64,000 nucleotides of DNA from the human T2T-CHM13v2.0 reference genome, Homo sapiens (GCF_009914755.1 NC_060930.1), one strand, 5' to 3'; shown: positions 41,621 to 54,949, counted from the first letter of the stretch. Program-made: numbers and translations. Notes: generated from the sequence alone by a model not told the origin.

Positions 41621-41761
41621 TCGACTACAGAAGAAAACATAGGTAAATATTTATATTGTGTTGGTATAAGAAAAGACTTTCTAAGAGCAATGCTTATGAC
41701 AAAAACTATAAAGGAATAGGATGATACAGCTGTCATATTGTGATATAATAAGAAATATATA

Positions 41762-42186
41762 GGCTAGGCGCAGTGGGTCACACCTGTAATCCCAGCACTT
41801 TGGGAGGCTAAGGCTGGTGGATCGCCTGAGGTCAGGAATTCAAGACTAGCCTGGCCAACATGGTGAAACCCTGTCTCTACTAAAAATACAAAAATTAGCC
41901 ATGCGTGGTGGTGGGCACCTGTAATCACAGCTACTCAAGAGGCTGAGGCAGGAGAATCCCTGAAACCCAGGAGGCGGAGGTTGCAGTGGGCCGAGGTCAC
42001 ACCACTGCCCTCCAGCCTGGGAGACAGAGAGAGACTCTGTCAAAGAAAGACAAGAAAGACAGAAAGAAAGACAGAAGGAAAGAAGGAAGGAAGGAAGGAA
42101 GGAAGGAAGGAAGGAAGGAAGGAAGGAAGGAAGGAAGGAAGGAAAGGAAGGAAGGAAGGGAAAGAAAGAAAGAAAGAAAGATAAAA
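41762..42186 (+). mobile_element. AluS (Sx/Sz-like) whose tail has become a GAAA/GGAA microsatellite
   Basis: Alu body 41762-~42041; degenerate TSD ATAAGAAATATAT / ATAAAAAATATAT. Confidence 0.95.
42085..42157 (+). repeat. (GGAA)15 perfect (42085-42144) plus 3 further units
   Basis: Counted directly. Confidence 0.95.
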
Positions 42187-42569
42187 ATAAAAAATATATT
42201 TCTGAAAGTTTATAAAACTAAGTATCATAGAAATTTAAATAATTGAATTTTTCAGGGGTGTGTTTTGCAAGATTTTAGCAAATAGACTTCTGAAGTTATT
42301 AAAACTCACAGCTGTGCTGAGCTTCTTGAAACACTTTGCGGATAAGGTTGCCTCTGACTTCAGTTTCACTATAGCTACTCGGCACGTGTGTAGGTGGTAA
42401 CCTCCCCATTTTCTCTCCTAACCTTCTGCCCTTTTAACTGGTGATCTATATGTGAGGATGGCTGCTAATGTGAACTCATTTCCTGCTCCCCAAAGCCATG
42501 TGATTTCCATGAAGTTGCAAGCTAGATATAGTTGCATCAAAGCAAAGGTATAGGGAGAGGGTTTAAAAA

Positions 42570-42810
42570 AAGTAGGGGCACTGGGGTCACTCGGCCTGGA
42601 CAAGAAGAAACTCAGCACAGGACAACTGTCTTCAAATACCTGAGGGGCTCAAGAAGCAGAGATGCCATGAGGAAATGCTTTCTACTCATGAAAGCTCTCC
42701 ATCAAAGAACTGGGCTCCTTTGAGAAGCAGTGAGTTCCCCGTCCCTGGAAATGTTTCCCCTGTAGAGGAGATCCTCTGCTGGGTTGAACCAGATCACTGC
42801 CAAGGTCTGA
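42570..42810 (+). mobile_element. L3/CR1 3' fragment
   Basis: GCCTGGACAAGAAGAAACTCAG..ACTGTCTTCAAATACCTGAGGGGCT...AGTGAGTTCCCCGTCCCTGGAAATGTTT...GGGTTGAACCAGAT match L3 3' region. Confidence 0.7.
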
Positions 42811-43249
42811 TGATGCACTTGCATTTGGGGATTGACTAAGCACACAGCTGCATTATCAAGTTGCTTCCTCAAAGGATGAGAAGAAGACCACAAGGGGAAT
42901 CGGTATCTGAGGAGGAGGCTTTGCTGCACGTGCCTGGTAGCCGGTGGAGAGCAAGATTGCAATGTGAGCTTAATTTCCTTAACGTCCTGCTTCTCAGATT
43001 CAACATCAGCTTCAGCCAGACTGCTCTACCCACTGTCTTCCAGTCCCAAAGCAGGCTGACCTCTCCACCTTCTAAACTGCCTTCCTCTCTACCTTTCCCA
43101 CCCTAACCATTTTCCCACACCTCTCTTCCTCCATGGAGTCATCTCTTATAACTTCATTCTCCATCCTCTCCTGTGGCGCTTAGCGGGGGTCTATTTCAAC
43201 ATCATTGATAGAGCTCACCTTAGTCTACACACTTGCCCATTTACCACAG

Positions 43250-43590
43250 AGCAGCAAAACATAAAAGTTAAGACACTGGCCTTTGGAGTCAGACCAAAGT
43301 TAGAATGCAGGTCCTACCAATAACTACTTATTAGAATTTCCTTACCACCCCTCAACGTTGGTTTCCTCATTTGTCAACTGAGCAAGATGATGCAATTTCC
43401 CGCCTATTTCACCAGGCACTAAGTGCATCATATGGATAATCTCTCCTAATCCCTTCACAACCTAAGAGGTAGGTACTCTTTACTATTTTCATTTGATGGA
43501 CTCAGAGAATTACTGTCAGGCAGGTACAATGCCTTACCCAATGCCTGGCGCACTCTCAGCACCATACAAATGCCACCTCTTTTTGTTATA
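43250..43590. mobile_element. MIR (+) apparently interrupted by an antisense MIR piece (~43403-43508)
   Basis: TTTGGAGTCAGAC...GTTTCCTCATTTGTCAA (+); CCAGGCACT...CACAACCTAAGAGGTAGGTACT (-); CAATGCCTGGCGCAC (+). Confidence 0.6.
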
Positions 43591-45753
43591 AGGCAGGCTG
43601 TGGGAGCAGGCGCTATTCTAGCAATGATAGCCCTAACTCCACTCCTTTCTCCTCATTGACCATGACAACCTATGGGGATGTGATACCGAAGTTGAGAATA
43701 GCCAGTCTGCACACTAATTTGGCATTTATTACATTCGATCTTGGACTTACCACGTCACTCACGTGTCTAGATGTCTTATCTCTTGAGGACAAGAACTTTC
43801 AGTGACACATCTGGACGCTTCCCCCAAAGAACTATGAGCATCCCAAGCTCACACAGTCATGGTGAATGGGAGAGGTGAATCCCAGCTGGGTGGTGCCTCC
43901 AAGTCAGGCTCAGGAAGGGAGCTTCCCAGGTGCCAGACAGATGCTTTCGGAAGAAATGACAAGCTGTGGGTGGAGGCTCAGATAACGGAGAGCTCTGGGT
44001 CTTCACACTTCCAAGCTTACCTTGGCAACAGTTCTTTTCCCTGTTCTCTTTTGAAAGGGAATTGTGTGACTGCTGGCACTAGGCAATTATCATTCATGAA
44101 CATTTTTTTTCTCATGTCATGTCAGGAAAAGACACACACAAACCTTGCCTGTGAACAGTACATTCAGGAATTACAGGCATGAGCCAATCTAGTTTTAAAA
44201 ATGATGTTGCCATCTAAATTCCATTAACTCTACAATGCAATCTCCCTTAGACCAAAATATTGCAATTTCCTTCTCTTTTTACTTTCTTTTTCTCCAATTT
44301 AATTTGATTTTTGCTCTCTTTAGAGGATACACAGTAATCAGGTTAAGCCATCCTCTTTTCAGTATTGCCGTTAGAGTTCCTTCTCTTTCTATTTCAGTCC
44401 ATTCTCTACTTCTTCCTTAATCCACTTTCTGCCCAGTGAATATCCCAAGAAGAACTGGACAGAGATAAATCATTTTGCCTTGGAAACTTATCAGGCTGAA
44501 AAAAAAAAATAAACAAGCTGCTGCCCTTCGAAAGTCGGAAAATCACGTTAGCCTAAGGTACCAAGTCTGTTTATTTTCCTTTATCTAAGGGATAGATTTC
44601 ATTATGAAAGCTGGGCCTGACTGAATGGCCAAAGAAGTCCTTAACACTAAGGAAGTGCCAGAAATAATAAATGAATGTGTTTGCTATTGAAATGGTCCAA
44701 TCTGGATTTCAGAAGGGATTATATATATATTTTTTTTTGAGGGTGGCAATCATAGAGGTTTTAAATAATAAATCTGCAACTTCAGCTCTTTTTGAGGGCA
44801 TACAAAAATAGCTTGCCAACTCCCGAAAGCCCAGAGAGTAATTGATTTAACAAGACTGAAGCAGTATTGCTTTTTAGGCAGTTTAAGCTATAAACAATTT
44901 CTTCTTAACACCTTTCCAATGTTTGGGATAATAACATTCATCGAATTAGATGAAGATATACACATCTTTTAAAATATCCAGGCTTTGTTCTTTCTCTTTC
45001 TATATCTGAGAAAATGAAGAATAGAATGAAGAAACTAGAATGGAGTAAGTGACAAGACTAAGTGGTTTTGTTTCTTTCTTGTGCGTTTTGTTTACATGTT
45101 GACTTGGAAGAAAGGGCTCTCTGCCTACAAGATCTAGTTAAGTGCCTTTTTATTCTTTGGGGAAGGGAAATGAAGAATAACAATATGATAACATTTTCAT
45201 CCTGGCAAGGCTGGAATGGTTACCCCATCCAAGGTTAGTGCAGTGAAGGAGAACATCCTGGACTGGGATCATGCAAAGAAGCATCCCCAGCGATTGGGAA
45301 GCTTCACGGAAACTCCATAACAAAAACTCAGGCACCCTGACTTGTTCACGAGTTCCCATATCCCGGTCAGCCTTGCTACCACCCTCACTCCAGCTTCCTA
45401 CACTGGTGTCCCAGCCCACTGGGATTCTGCCACCCTGCAGCAAGATGGCTTTGAACTGGGATAACCTTCAAAAACGTCTTCCTGGTTACATGCCCACCAG
45501 GTTTTGGACATCCTTGGTTAGAGCCCCGCCAATGTGGCTTGGAAAATTCTCCATCCAGGAAGACTGGACACAAATCAACAGGCAATTCCTGCCATCCAAA
45601 GGGAGAATCTATGTTCTTCCAAAGAAGACTATGAGCCATTTAATCTGCAGGGGCAAGAAGGAATATATAAAGGCCTTTTGGTACAATTCTTGTTCTTTTT
45701 GTCAAACTTATCACTGATGGTATGATGATATAAATCAACAGAAACCAACATGA

Positions 45754-45841
45754 ATCTATCTCATCTATCTATCTATATCTATCTTCTAATCTGTTTCTAA
45801 TCTATCTATCTATATCTAATCTATCTTCTAATCTGTTTATC
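45754..45841. repeat. Degenerate (ATCT)n with an internal ~38 bp duplication
   Basis: ATCTATCTATCTATATCT...TTCTAATCTGTTT occurs twice. Confidence 0.8.
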
Positions 45842-48800
45842 GTAATGTAAATGTAGATCCAATTAATATTTTTGCTAATATTTCTACCATATTTACATGA
45901 TGTAGCTTGACACAATAATGTCGTGACATTTAATCTCCCTTTTTTAAATGGACAAAATTAAAAGCAATTCAGCCCTAGGCGATGCAGCAGGCAACAGTGT
46001 ATTATCAAATATTGTCAGTGACTCTATGTGGGCTGTGGAGAAGGCTCCAGAGTATGAAAATTGAGTGGAAGAGTAGGCTTGTACACTTTGTGAAGCACAC
46101 ATGAACACAATTAGAATTTGCCTCAAACTTTGCAGTCAATTTACCTTGAATTGATGTCAAACAGGGAAAATTTCAGCCTGAGGACACATTCTAAAGGAAC
46201 TGATCAGTATAGGAGAACAGAGGAAACAGAGCGAACTGGAATGGGCGTGTTAATAGGAACTCTGTCTCAGTCATGCCTGTAGTGTTAATGTGAATGCGAC
46301 AGTGGAATGAGTATCATTGAAGCAGATAATTCCTCTTGTTCCTATTACCCCACCATTCAACCTGCCAACCTGTCATTATTTTAAAGTAGAATTTTTTTCC
46401 TCCGTTCTGTTTTTAGCATTTATATCTGAGCACTGAGGTGCTACAATAATGTACCTGTAAAATGTACTGGGAGGGAGCCATATCAGGCCAAAGTCCACAG
46501 CCACAAAGAACACTTGAGGATCTTCAGTATAACTAGAGGCACTGCAAAAATATACCTCAAAACAACGTGGTTACGGTGGATGATCTTTATTTATCAAGTG
46601 CCTAGCTTATCATGATTGACTGTCTTTATTTGATAAGTATCCGTCTACTCAGCTGCTCAAATGGAAATGATTCTGTCACCAGAGTTATGTGAAACCAATA
46701 AAAGTCAGTCAAAGGGTCCTTAATGAATCTTCTCTCCAATATCCATCTCTATAATGCTTAATGCCCAGGAAGGGCCCAGGCCAGGATACCATCTGCTGTT
46801 TCATCAAATGGGTGAAAGGAAGGGTCTGGGGTTAAATGACATGATATGGTGCTTTAGCAGCCACGCCGTGGGGCCAGTACTAAGCCTCTATCTCTTTAGA
46901 TCCTGAAGTAATTGGAAGCAGAATGTACAGGAGCACACTGAGGTCATCTCATCCCTGCTTCCTTTTTTAAGGGAAGAAGTCATGTAGGGTGGGAAGATCC
47001 AGTTTGGAAAAGAAAACAAAAGTCAAAATGATAGGGCTGTGGGATTCTACCTGGGGTTCTCATCAACTTTATATCCTTTCTAGGGGACTGTTTCTGGGGT
47101 GTGGGTAGATGGCTTTCATCCTGGCTTTCAATGGATTCTAGTCCCATCCAATCCAATTTAATCTCTCAACACATACACCCCTACATGCCTTTGATGCCAG
47201 ATGGGGAAGAAAGGGCAAAGTAATGGAGGAGAGAGTTGAAGCCAAAAGTTAGGCAAAGGGGAGACAGGATAGCAAAGGAAGCAGATGGGGCAGGAGATCT
47301 GGAAAAGTGACTGAGAAATGGTTGTAGGTGAAGCATGGACATGCAATGCACAAAGTCTCATCAAAGCTGTCTTATCTGCCCAGTGTGTGGTCTCACACCA
47401 CCCCAAGTTTTGTTTTTCTATCTCAGTGGAATTTTGTGCATATGTACTGGGGCCGGGAGGAGTGGAAGCTGGGTTTGGCGTGGTGGGAAGGGAAATATGA
47501 TGAGAGGAAAGGAATAAGAAGAAAAGAACTGCTAATAATACCCTTGATTCTCCTCTCTTGGCTTCGCCTCCATGTTTATCCAGAATGATGTGTGATTACA
47601 AGAGCAAGTACTGCAGATTCAGCAGCCGGGGCATGAAAATTGAAATTACTCACCTTTGAAGAAGGACACATTTGTGATCGGATAAATGGAATGGCTGTGT
47701 TCATTCATCAGAGGCTGCTATGCATTGAATTTCCAACTGGTTAACTTCTAAATAACAGGACTTGCTATAACGAAGGCTGAGGGTAGTTGAGTTTGGTTCT
47801 TATATCATAAAAAAGCATCAGGATTTTCACTTATATTAAACTTGGTGGGGAGCTCTTGATATAAAGAAATAGCAAATTGTGACCTGTGGTTCTTCATCTG
47901 TGTGGGAAAATATGTGAGAAATCTATGGCAGGATATGAAAAAGACTATGGGGCAAAGAGAAAGAAAAGTCATAGAGATCAAATTTGGCAACATCTATCCA
48001 AGCACTGCCTAAGGGAGAAGATGCTCTCTGGGTGATAGGAAGTATGTCCCCATCTAAGAGGGGGAATGTATACAACTATCAGACTCTATGCCATTAAAAA
48101 TTCCAATCCAATTCTGATGCCATGCTTACCAATCCCCCTGCAATGATCTGGCTTCCCAGAGAACTTGCTTAAAAGGGAGAGAAGAGACTTCTCAGGCCAG
48201 TGCAAATGTCTGGGCTAGCCAAAGCTTCACTTCCTATTGTCAATTTATACACTTGCACTTTATATATTTGTTTTAATATTCTAATTGCAATTCTCTTGTA
48301 TTTAACTGAGTCAAAAAATGACATCCGAACAAAGCTCTCCTTCTTCAGAGCCATGAGGAGTAGTCATGATCAAGATCAGCAGTTGTTTCCAAATGTGTAA
48401 CTCCCTTAATTAATGGAAGCTGATGTCTACAAAAATATCAAACTGTATAAGATGAATCAATTTTGAAGGGATCTTAAGTGAGTCTTCTTACTGGGTTGAC
48501 TCAGTTGGTTATGTATTGACTTTGAATTTAAATACCACATACTTTACTTTCCATTGCTAAGTTCATCTTGCTCTTTACCCTGCATTTATGCCAATGGCAG
48601 AAAACACATGACCTTGTCATCCCTTCTAGCTGAAAGACATCTCTAGGAGAGTTGCCCAGGCTTTCAAGATGTCTCCCCATTTCATTGGTAAGGACATTCT
48701 CTGGGTCTTCCCAGTATCTGCAAGGAATAGCTTGACCCACCCGTTCTTTTAGGTGCCATGCTGTCACCAGTGCTAATAACTCTGGCTCTGGCAAATGCCT

Positions 48801-48959
48801 CTAGAATTGAGTTCCCACACTCTATGACCTCCTTGTCCCATCCCCAGGCTTCCAAATCTCTGAGCTTATCTAGAACTCCCAAGCAGCCTCTAAGGCTTAG
48901 CTGTCAGCCCCTGAGCTGTTGGCCTCTTACTCTCCCTAGCATGTTGGTTGCAGAGCCAT

Positions 48960-49310
48960 GCCACTCAATTCAGCTTTTCTTCAGATACATGATCAGAATA
49001 ATCTTTTTAAAACTCAGATTTTTTTTCATCATCCCTTCTCCCAGAGGATTCAATGACTCACCATTGCTTTTAAGATGAAGCTTCTTACTGAAGCCAATGT
49101 GCCCAGGTTGCCCTTGCCCTGTTCCCACTCTCATCTGGCCCCACATTCTCTCCAACCTCTGCCCCAGCCTCACCAGCCCTCCTCTGTCTGCATTACTCAC
49201 CATGCTCCTGCTTGCCACAGGGACTTTGCACATGCTGCTCCCTCCAACTTGAATGCTCTTTCTTCCCTCCTCCCTAGTTAACTCCTATTTGCCCTTCAAA
49301 TCTCAGTTCG
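48960..49310 (+). mobile_element. L2 fragment
   Basis: TTCAATGACTCACCATTGC...CCACAGGGACTTTGCACATGCTGCTCCCTCC..TTGAATGCTCTTTC...AACTCCTATTTGCCCTTCAAATCTCAGTTC. Confidence 0.78.
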
Positions 49311-49514
49311 ACCTCAATGTAGTCAATAGATGGATGAGCTGTTAAGGTATGTGGATGCCACCTTTTCTATGCGAAGGCTTTGAAGCTGTAGTTTGCAGCT
49401 GATTTCTTGTTCCCTAGTGAAGCAGGGGTGGTGGATCAAAAGTCTGCCCTTGACTTTCTCCTTGCCTTAGACCCTAGGACTCTGTCAACCACAGCGTGAA
49501 AACCACTGCTTTAG

Positions 49515-50590
49515 GTGATAAAGAATCATTTAAAGCAGAGGAGGGCAAGATGACATCTATGCTTTGGGCAGCTGGCTATTGAAGCAGTCCATCATTGCTG
49601 TAGGGAGATCATGCATCTCTCATGTACCACTTCAGATCTTTTCAGTCTCCAGTCTCTTGCTGCAGCTGCTGCCATGGCAGATAGCACTACACGGGCTCTA
49701 GCAGACTCAATAAAGGTGCATACTGATGGTTGCCTGCTTTTCTCCCCAGGGCCAAGTGCCTCTCACTTCCCACCATGGGGTTTCCCTGTTGATATCAACG
49801 CATGGGACATCACAGGATCCTCCCCAGCACTCACAATTCCTCAATCTGTACGTTCAGAAACTTATTACATCACAGGGTTAAGTTCTCCCTTTCTCCCCAC
49901 CGTAGAAGGATGGTTCTGAGAATGAATTTCTGTGGCTTTTCAGAAGATTGTTTTCCAGGCTCAAGCAATCGGTCACACTTAGCAATAGCCAACGCAGTAA
50001 CACACCCTTGTATTGATTCTTCCTCCCTCCGTGTCTCTCTCCTTGTCTGCCCCTATGTCTCTCTTTGTGTGTGCTCCCTAATAAAGTAGCAGCCTCTGCC
50101 TCTGGCTAAGATAGAGAGACAGGAAATCAAGGCACAGAGATTTCCAGCAGGTCCCGGTCAGCAGAAGCCCATTCTTAAGTTTGGATGACTGGCGGCTTTG
50201 CCAATAATTCATGAGAGAGATGATCTAGGCCTAGTCACAAAGAGTAGCTATGAGAATAGAAAGAAGAGATAGATCAGAGAGAGATCTGGGGAGAAGAAAA
50301 GGTAGAACATAATGACCGATGGGATTTGATCTAGGATGAGTCCCAGGTTTCTAGTTGGTGCACTTGCGTAGGAAGATAGAAGTTCAGTTTTGCAAATGTT
50401 GTGCTAAAGCTGCCCATCAGATAATTAAAGAGAGGTGTCCAAGAAGTGGCTGGAGTTATGGATCTGGAGCTTAGGAGAGAGGTCTGAGCTGACCATGAAG
50501 GTGTGAGACTCATGGGGGTGCTTGGAGTCAAGGAGAGGGTGAACTGAATCACCCAGAGAAAGTACACAGAATAAGAAGAGGGCTAAGGAA
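49515..50590 (-). mobile_element. L2 fragment interrupted by an LTR16
   Basis: AGGATGAGTCCCAGGTTTCTAG, AGTTCAGTTTTGCAAATGTTG, GATCTGGAGCTTAGGAGAGAGGTCTGAGCTG. Confidence 0.72.
49599..50113 (+). mobile_element. ERVL solo LTR (LTR16 family)
   Basis: Starts TGTAG; TCAAGCAATCGGTCACAC...TAACACACCCTTGTATTG; CTCCCTAATAAAGTA; ends GGCTAAGATA. Confidence 0.68.
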
Positions 50591-51239
50591 GGAGTGGGGT
50601 GGATGAAAAAGAACAGCTATGGAAGAGGAAGGACAAGTCTGAGACGTGTGAGCATATGAGCCAAGTGGTGTCCAGCCCAATCACCTGAGAAAATGATCAC
50701 TGGTACATTTCTACATGAGAAAACAGAAGATTGGAGAAACACAGTCAAAAGAACTTTTGTTTATATGAAACTGACATAGTAGCTCCCAACTTGTCCTAAT
50801 AGATAGGTAATAGTCAACATAACATGGTCACTAACTCTAAATAACTTCTAAACTTTGAAACTGAAAAGACTGAACCATATGATCTCGGCAGAAGTCATGG
50901 TATTTAAGGGAAAAATTCCACACTTAAGAGAGGGGAAAATGTCAACTTACTTGCAAATTGATGAGTGCTTCAGTTTTAGTAACTCTCAAATAAGGATTCT
51001 TTGGCTGTATCCATACTCTAGGTCCAAATGTTCATTTGGGGAATTGGAGAGGGATAAGTTCTCCATCTCTTTCTTAGATTTATATCTATATTCAAAAATA
51101 TAAAATAAACTTTTAAAACCTAACAAACAAAAAAACTTGTAGTTGTGGAATTTTTAATGATCATTTACAAAAGGGGCTCATATAGAACTTTTGAAAAAAA
51201 CTCATTTTAATTGTGTATTCGGGGGCAAATTCAAAATAA

Positions 51240-51709
51240 AATTTACCGTTGAACAACACAGGGGTTAGGGGCACTGATGCTGTGTGCAATCAAAAATTCA
51301 TGTGTAACTTTTGACTCCCCAAATCTTAATTACTAATAGCCTACTGTTGACTGGAAGCCTTACAGATAACAACATCCGTTAATACATATTTTGTATGTTA
51401 TACCTATTTCTACTGGTATATACATAACATATATATATGTTATATATATACTTATAATAAAGTGAGCTAGAGAAAAGAAAATGTTAAGAAAATAATATAG
51501 AAGATAAACTATATTTACTATTCATTAAGTGGAAGTGGATCATCATAAAGGTCTTCGTCCTCACTGTCTATACATTGAGTAGGCTGAGGAGGAGGAGGAG
51601 GAGGAAGAGGAGGGATTGATCTTGCTGTCTCAGGGTGGCAAAAGCAAAAGAAAATCCGTGTATAAGTGGACCTGCACAATTCACACCCATGCTGTCCAAG
51701 GGTCAACAG
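51240..51709 (-). mobile_element. Tigger2a (MER28; TcMar-Tigger), near complete
   Basis: TIRs TTGAACAAC... and TCCAAGGGTCAACAG followed by TA; ORF 51518-51706 ends DEDLYDDPLPLNE as in Tigger2. Confidence 0.92.
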
Positions 51710-51717
51710 TATTATAA

Positions 51718-51867
51718 GGCTGGGAGTGGTAGCTCACACCTGTAATCCCAGCATTTGGGAGGCGAAGCCAGGTGGATAGGTTGAGCCCAAGAGTTTGAGA
51801 CCAGCCTGGGCAACATGGGGAAACCCCGTCTCTACAAAAAATACAAAAATTAGTTGGGCATGGTGGC
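51718..51867 (+). mobile_element. AluJ left arm, linker and ~15 bp of right arm; rest missing
   Basis: GGCTGGGAGTGGTAGCTCAC...TTGAGCCCAAGAGTTTGAGACCAGCCTGGGCAAC...AAAATTAGTTGGGCATGGTGGC, then non-Alu sequence. Confidence 0.9.
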
Positions 51868-51952
51868 TTACAAACAGTTCTTGAACTGATAGTAACAGGC
51901 TTAACCATTACTAGCAGCCAAACGGCTATTTAAACATACCAAGATTTCTTAG

Positions 51953-52251
<299 letters not shown>

Positions 52252-52891
52252 TCCTAGTTAATCTTAACCAACAGGATAACCTGTGTCACATCAGATATTG
52301 AAAAATATATGTTTTTTTTAAAAATGAAATTTCAAGCTTAATTTGCTTGCATGGTATATGTTTGGCCATATTTTTCTCTCTGGCTCATTCTATAGTCACA
52401 AAGGCTGTTGCACAGTGACTGCATGGTGCTTGGAATAAATGAGATGCATTATACAGCTTTTGATTTTCTAAGGCGGCTGGCTAAGTTACAACAACTTCGT
52501 GTATCTGGGGGCTTTTGACATAGGTCCAATTAAAACAAAAACTTCTAACAAACCCTGGAGAAGGTTCCATTCAGCAGGATGAGCTAACCCCCAAAACAGT
52601 CACTTCTGGCAACTTATCCTGCTTAGGTTGCAGCTGTCGATTTGGTAAGCAGTCTGGTCTGTTGGTTGGCAAAGTGCTGTGAAAGCAGATGTGAAACTCC
52701 AGGACACACACACATACACATGCTATGCACACACACAAGGTTACAATCACTGAACTCAAATAAGAGACTCATCTTTTTACAAATTGAAAATGAGTAAGAC
52801 TGCTTGTCTCAGTGTCTATTATCCTAATCCAAATGGCATGCAGACATCAATTGGAGCATTTGTTAGCTATTCAACTTCCAAGACTAATTCA

Positions 52892-53214
<323 letters not shown>

Positions 53215-53969
53215 GTAGTAAATCACAGAGTACCCAAAAGGAAAATGCATTCTTAAGGTCTGGTTTCTTAGCAGTAACCTTCCATTCCAGCCCCCTTGCT
53301 TACCATATAAAGGCTTAAAGAGACAATGTGACCCTGCCTACCCTGCCAATGCAACTCTAACCAGAGGGCACGCTTCACAACTTCCATAGTATAGCAGGGC
53401 TCCAGCAATCTCCAGAACAGGATCCTTGTTAACAGGGCAATGAAATTCACACACTTAAACCAAAGGGCCTTATTTCTCTACGCAGACAGCAGTATATTTG
53501 ATACAATTTTGAAATATGCATGTCAGGTCAATTCTCATTCTTCTATTTTTTAGTCCTTACTTTTTAAAATGCAAGCTTTAATAACTTAGGTAGAAATCTT
53601 TTACTGGAAAAATAGCTTTTCTTTTTCATGAAACTAAGTCTATACAAGGGAAGAGGACATGAGTGTTAGTTTAGCTATGTGGGAAATGTCCTTCCAATAA
53701 CCCCTCCCCAAGAACTCCTTTGTATCTACCCCATAATGACACAAATGCTACTTGCATTGCTCTAAGAGATGTTGCTGTTGAGATTCTCACAGTTAGCAAT
53801 GGAGGCTCCTGATCTGGTTGCATAGACAACCAGGAAATAAGTGACTTCAGGGCCTTGGAAATAAGTTATCGGGTCTATTGAGCCCAAGGATACAATGTTT
53901 CTGGGTCTCAATTCTTTCATCTCTAAAATTATTTCCCGCTTATTCTACGCATAACTCTCTTTATTCTCA

Positions 53970-54532
53970 TTTATTCTACACACCATTGCCAGATTGATTT
54001 TCCTAACATTACCTCTGATCTCAGCTTTGCTCTGTTCAGCGGCCAGTCTTTACCCTTAGCCTGACATAGAAACATTTCATCCACAACTGAGACCTGCTGG
54101 TATAAAATGTCAGCCAATTGTTTAGCAATTTTCCTCTCAAATCCCCCTACTTATACTCTGCCCTTTAGCCAAAGTGGACTGTTTCTGTTCTCAGTGTATT
54201 TTTACACTGTTCTTTCCCCAATCTCAGTCTTGTAACTCTTTCAAGTCTCGTATAACCCATTTCAACTTTTGCCTCTTTAATCAAACATTTTTCGGGTCCT
54301 CCAAGGATGTGTGTGGTCCTCCCTCTTTAAATAGGTACCAAACTTTTTACTTCTCTTAACAAGGTCTGTATTACTCCTAGAAGTGTGTGTACTTATTTCA
54401 ATCCCATCTTCTAGTTAACGGTAAGCTCCTCAAGGGCAGGCAACATGTCTTAACCTTATATTTGTGCCTATAGCCCAACCTCTACAGCACAGCATCTTCC
54501 CCAAAAAGGATATCTGTGGGAATAAACTGAAT
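53970..54532 (+). mobile_element. L2 (L2c-like) 3' part
   Basis: CCATTGCCAGATTGATTTTCCTAA...GTAAGCTCCTCAAGGGCAGG...AATAAACTGAAT. Confidence 0.65.
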
Positions 54533-54949
54533 CTATATGTTTTCCATTTATTCATAAACAAGCGAAGGAGTGACAGATATTAGATAGGGCTATGCAAGTG
54601 AAGTATTGAATAAGAAGGACCATGGAGAACTGTTGTCTTTGTTCTCTTTAGAGAAGAAAGAATATCTCTCATCCAGTCCTTGTGCTAACCTGTTACTATC
54701 CCACACCATACCAGTGAGATCAAGAAACAACAAAAGAGAAAAAAGGGACTTCGAATTTCAACACCATGTCACCTACAGAGTGAAGGGACTTCACTTGTTC
54801 CCAGCAGCATCCTTAGAGAGTTAGTGAATAGTGGGAGAAATGCAGAGAGAGGAGTTTGGAAGGGGTGGGGTGGCTCCTAATCAAGAAAGTGGGGGCCGGG
54901 CAGGGGCTGGTAGCATGGGAATGAGAAGAGAAAAGAAAAAATGGGCCAC

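Larger units (their letters stand above)
40160..41745 (+). mobile_element. Outer L1ME-type ORF2 fragment (~40160-40315 resuming ~41622-41745), interrupted by a second L1
   Basis: AAAATAAATCCCAGATGGATGAAA...AAACTATGAAAGT is continued by ACTACAGAAGAAAACATAGGTAAATATTT, contiguous in the L1 consensus. Confidence 0.65.
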
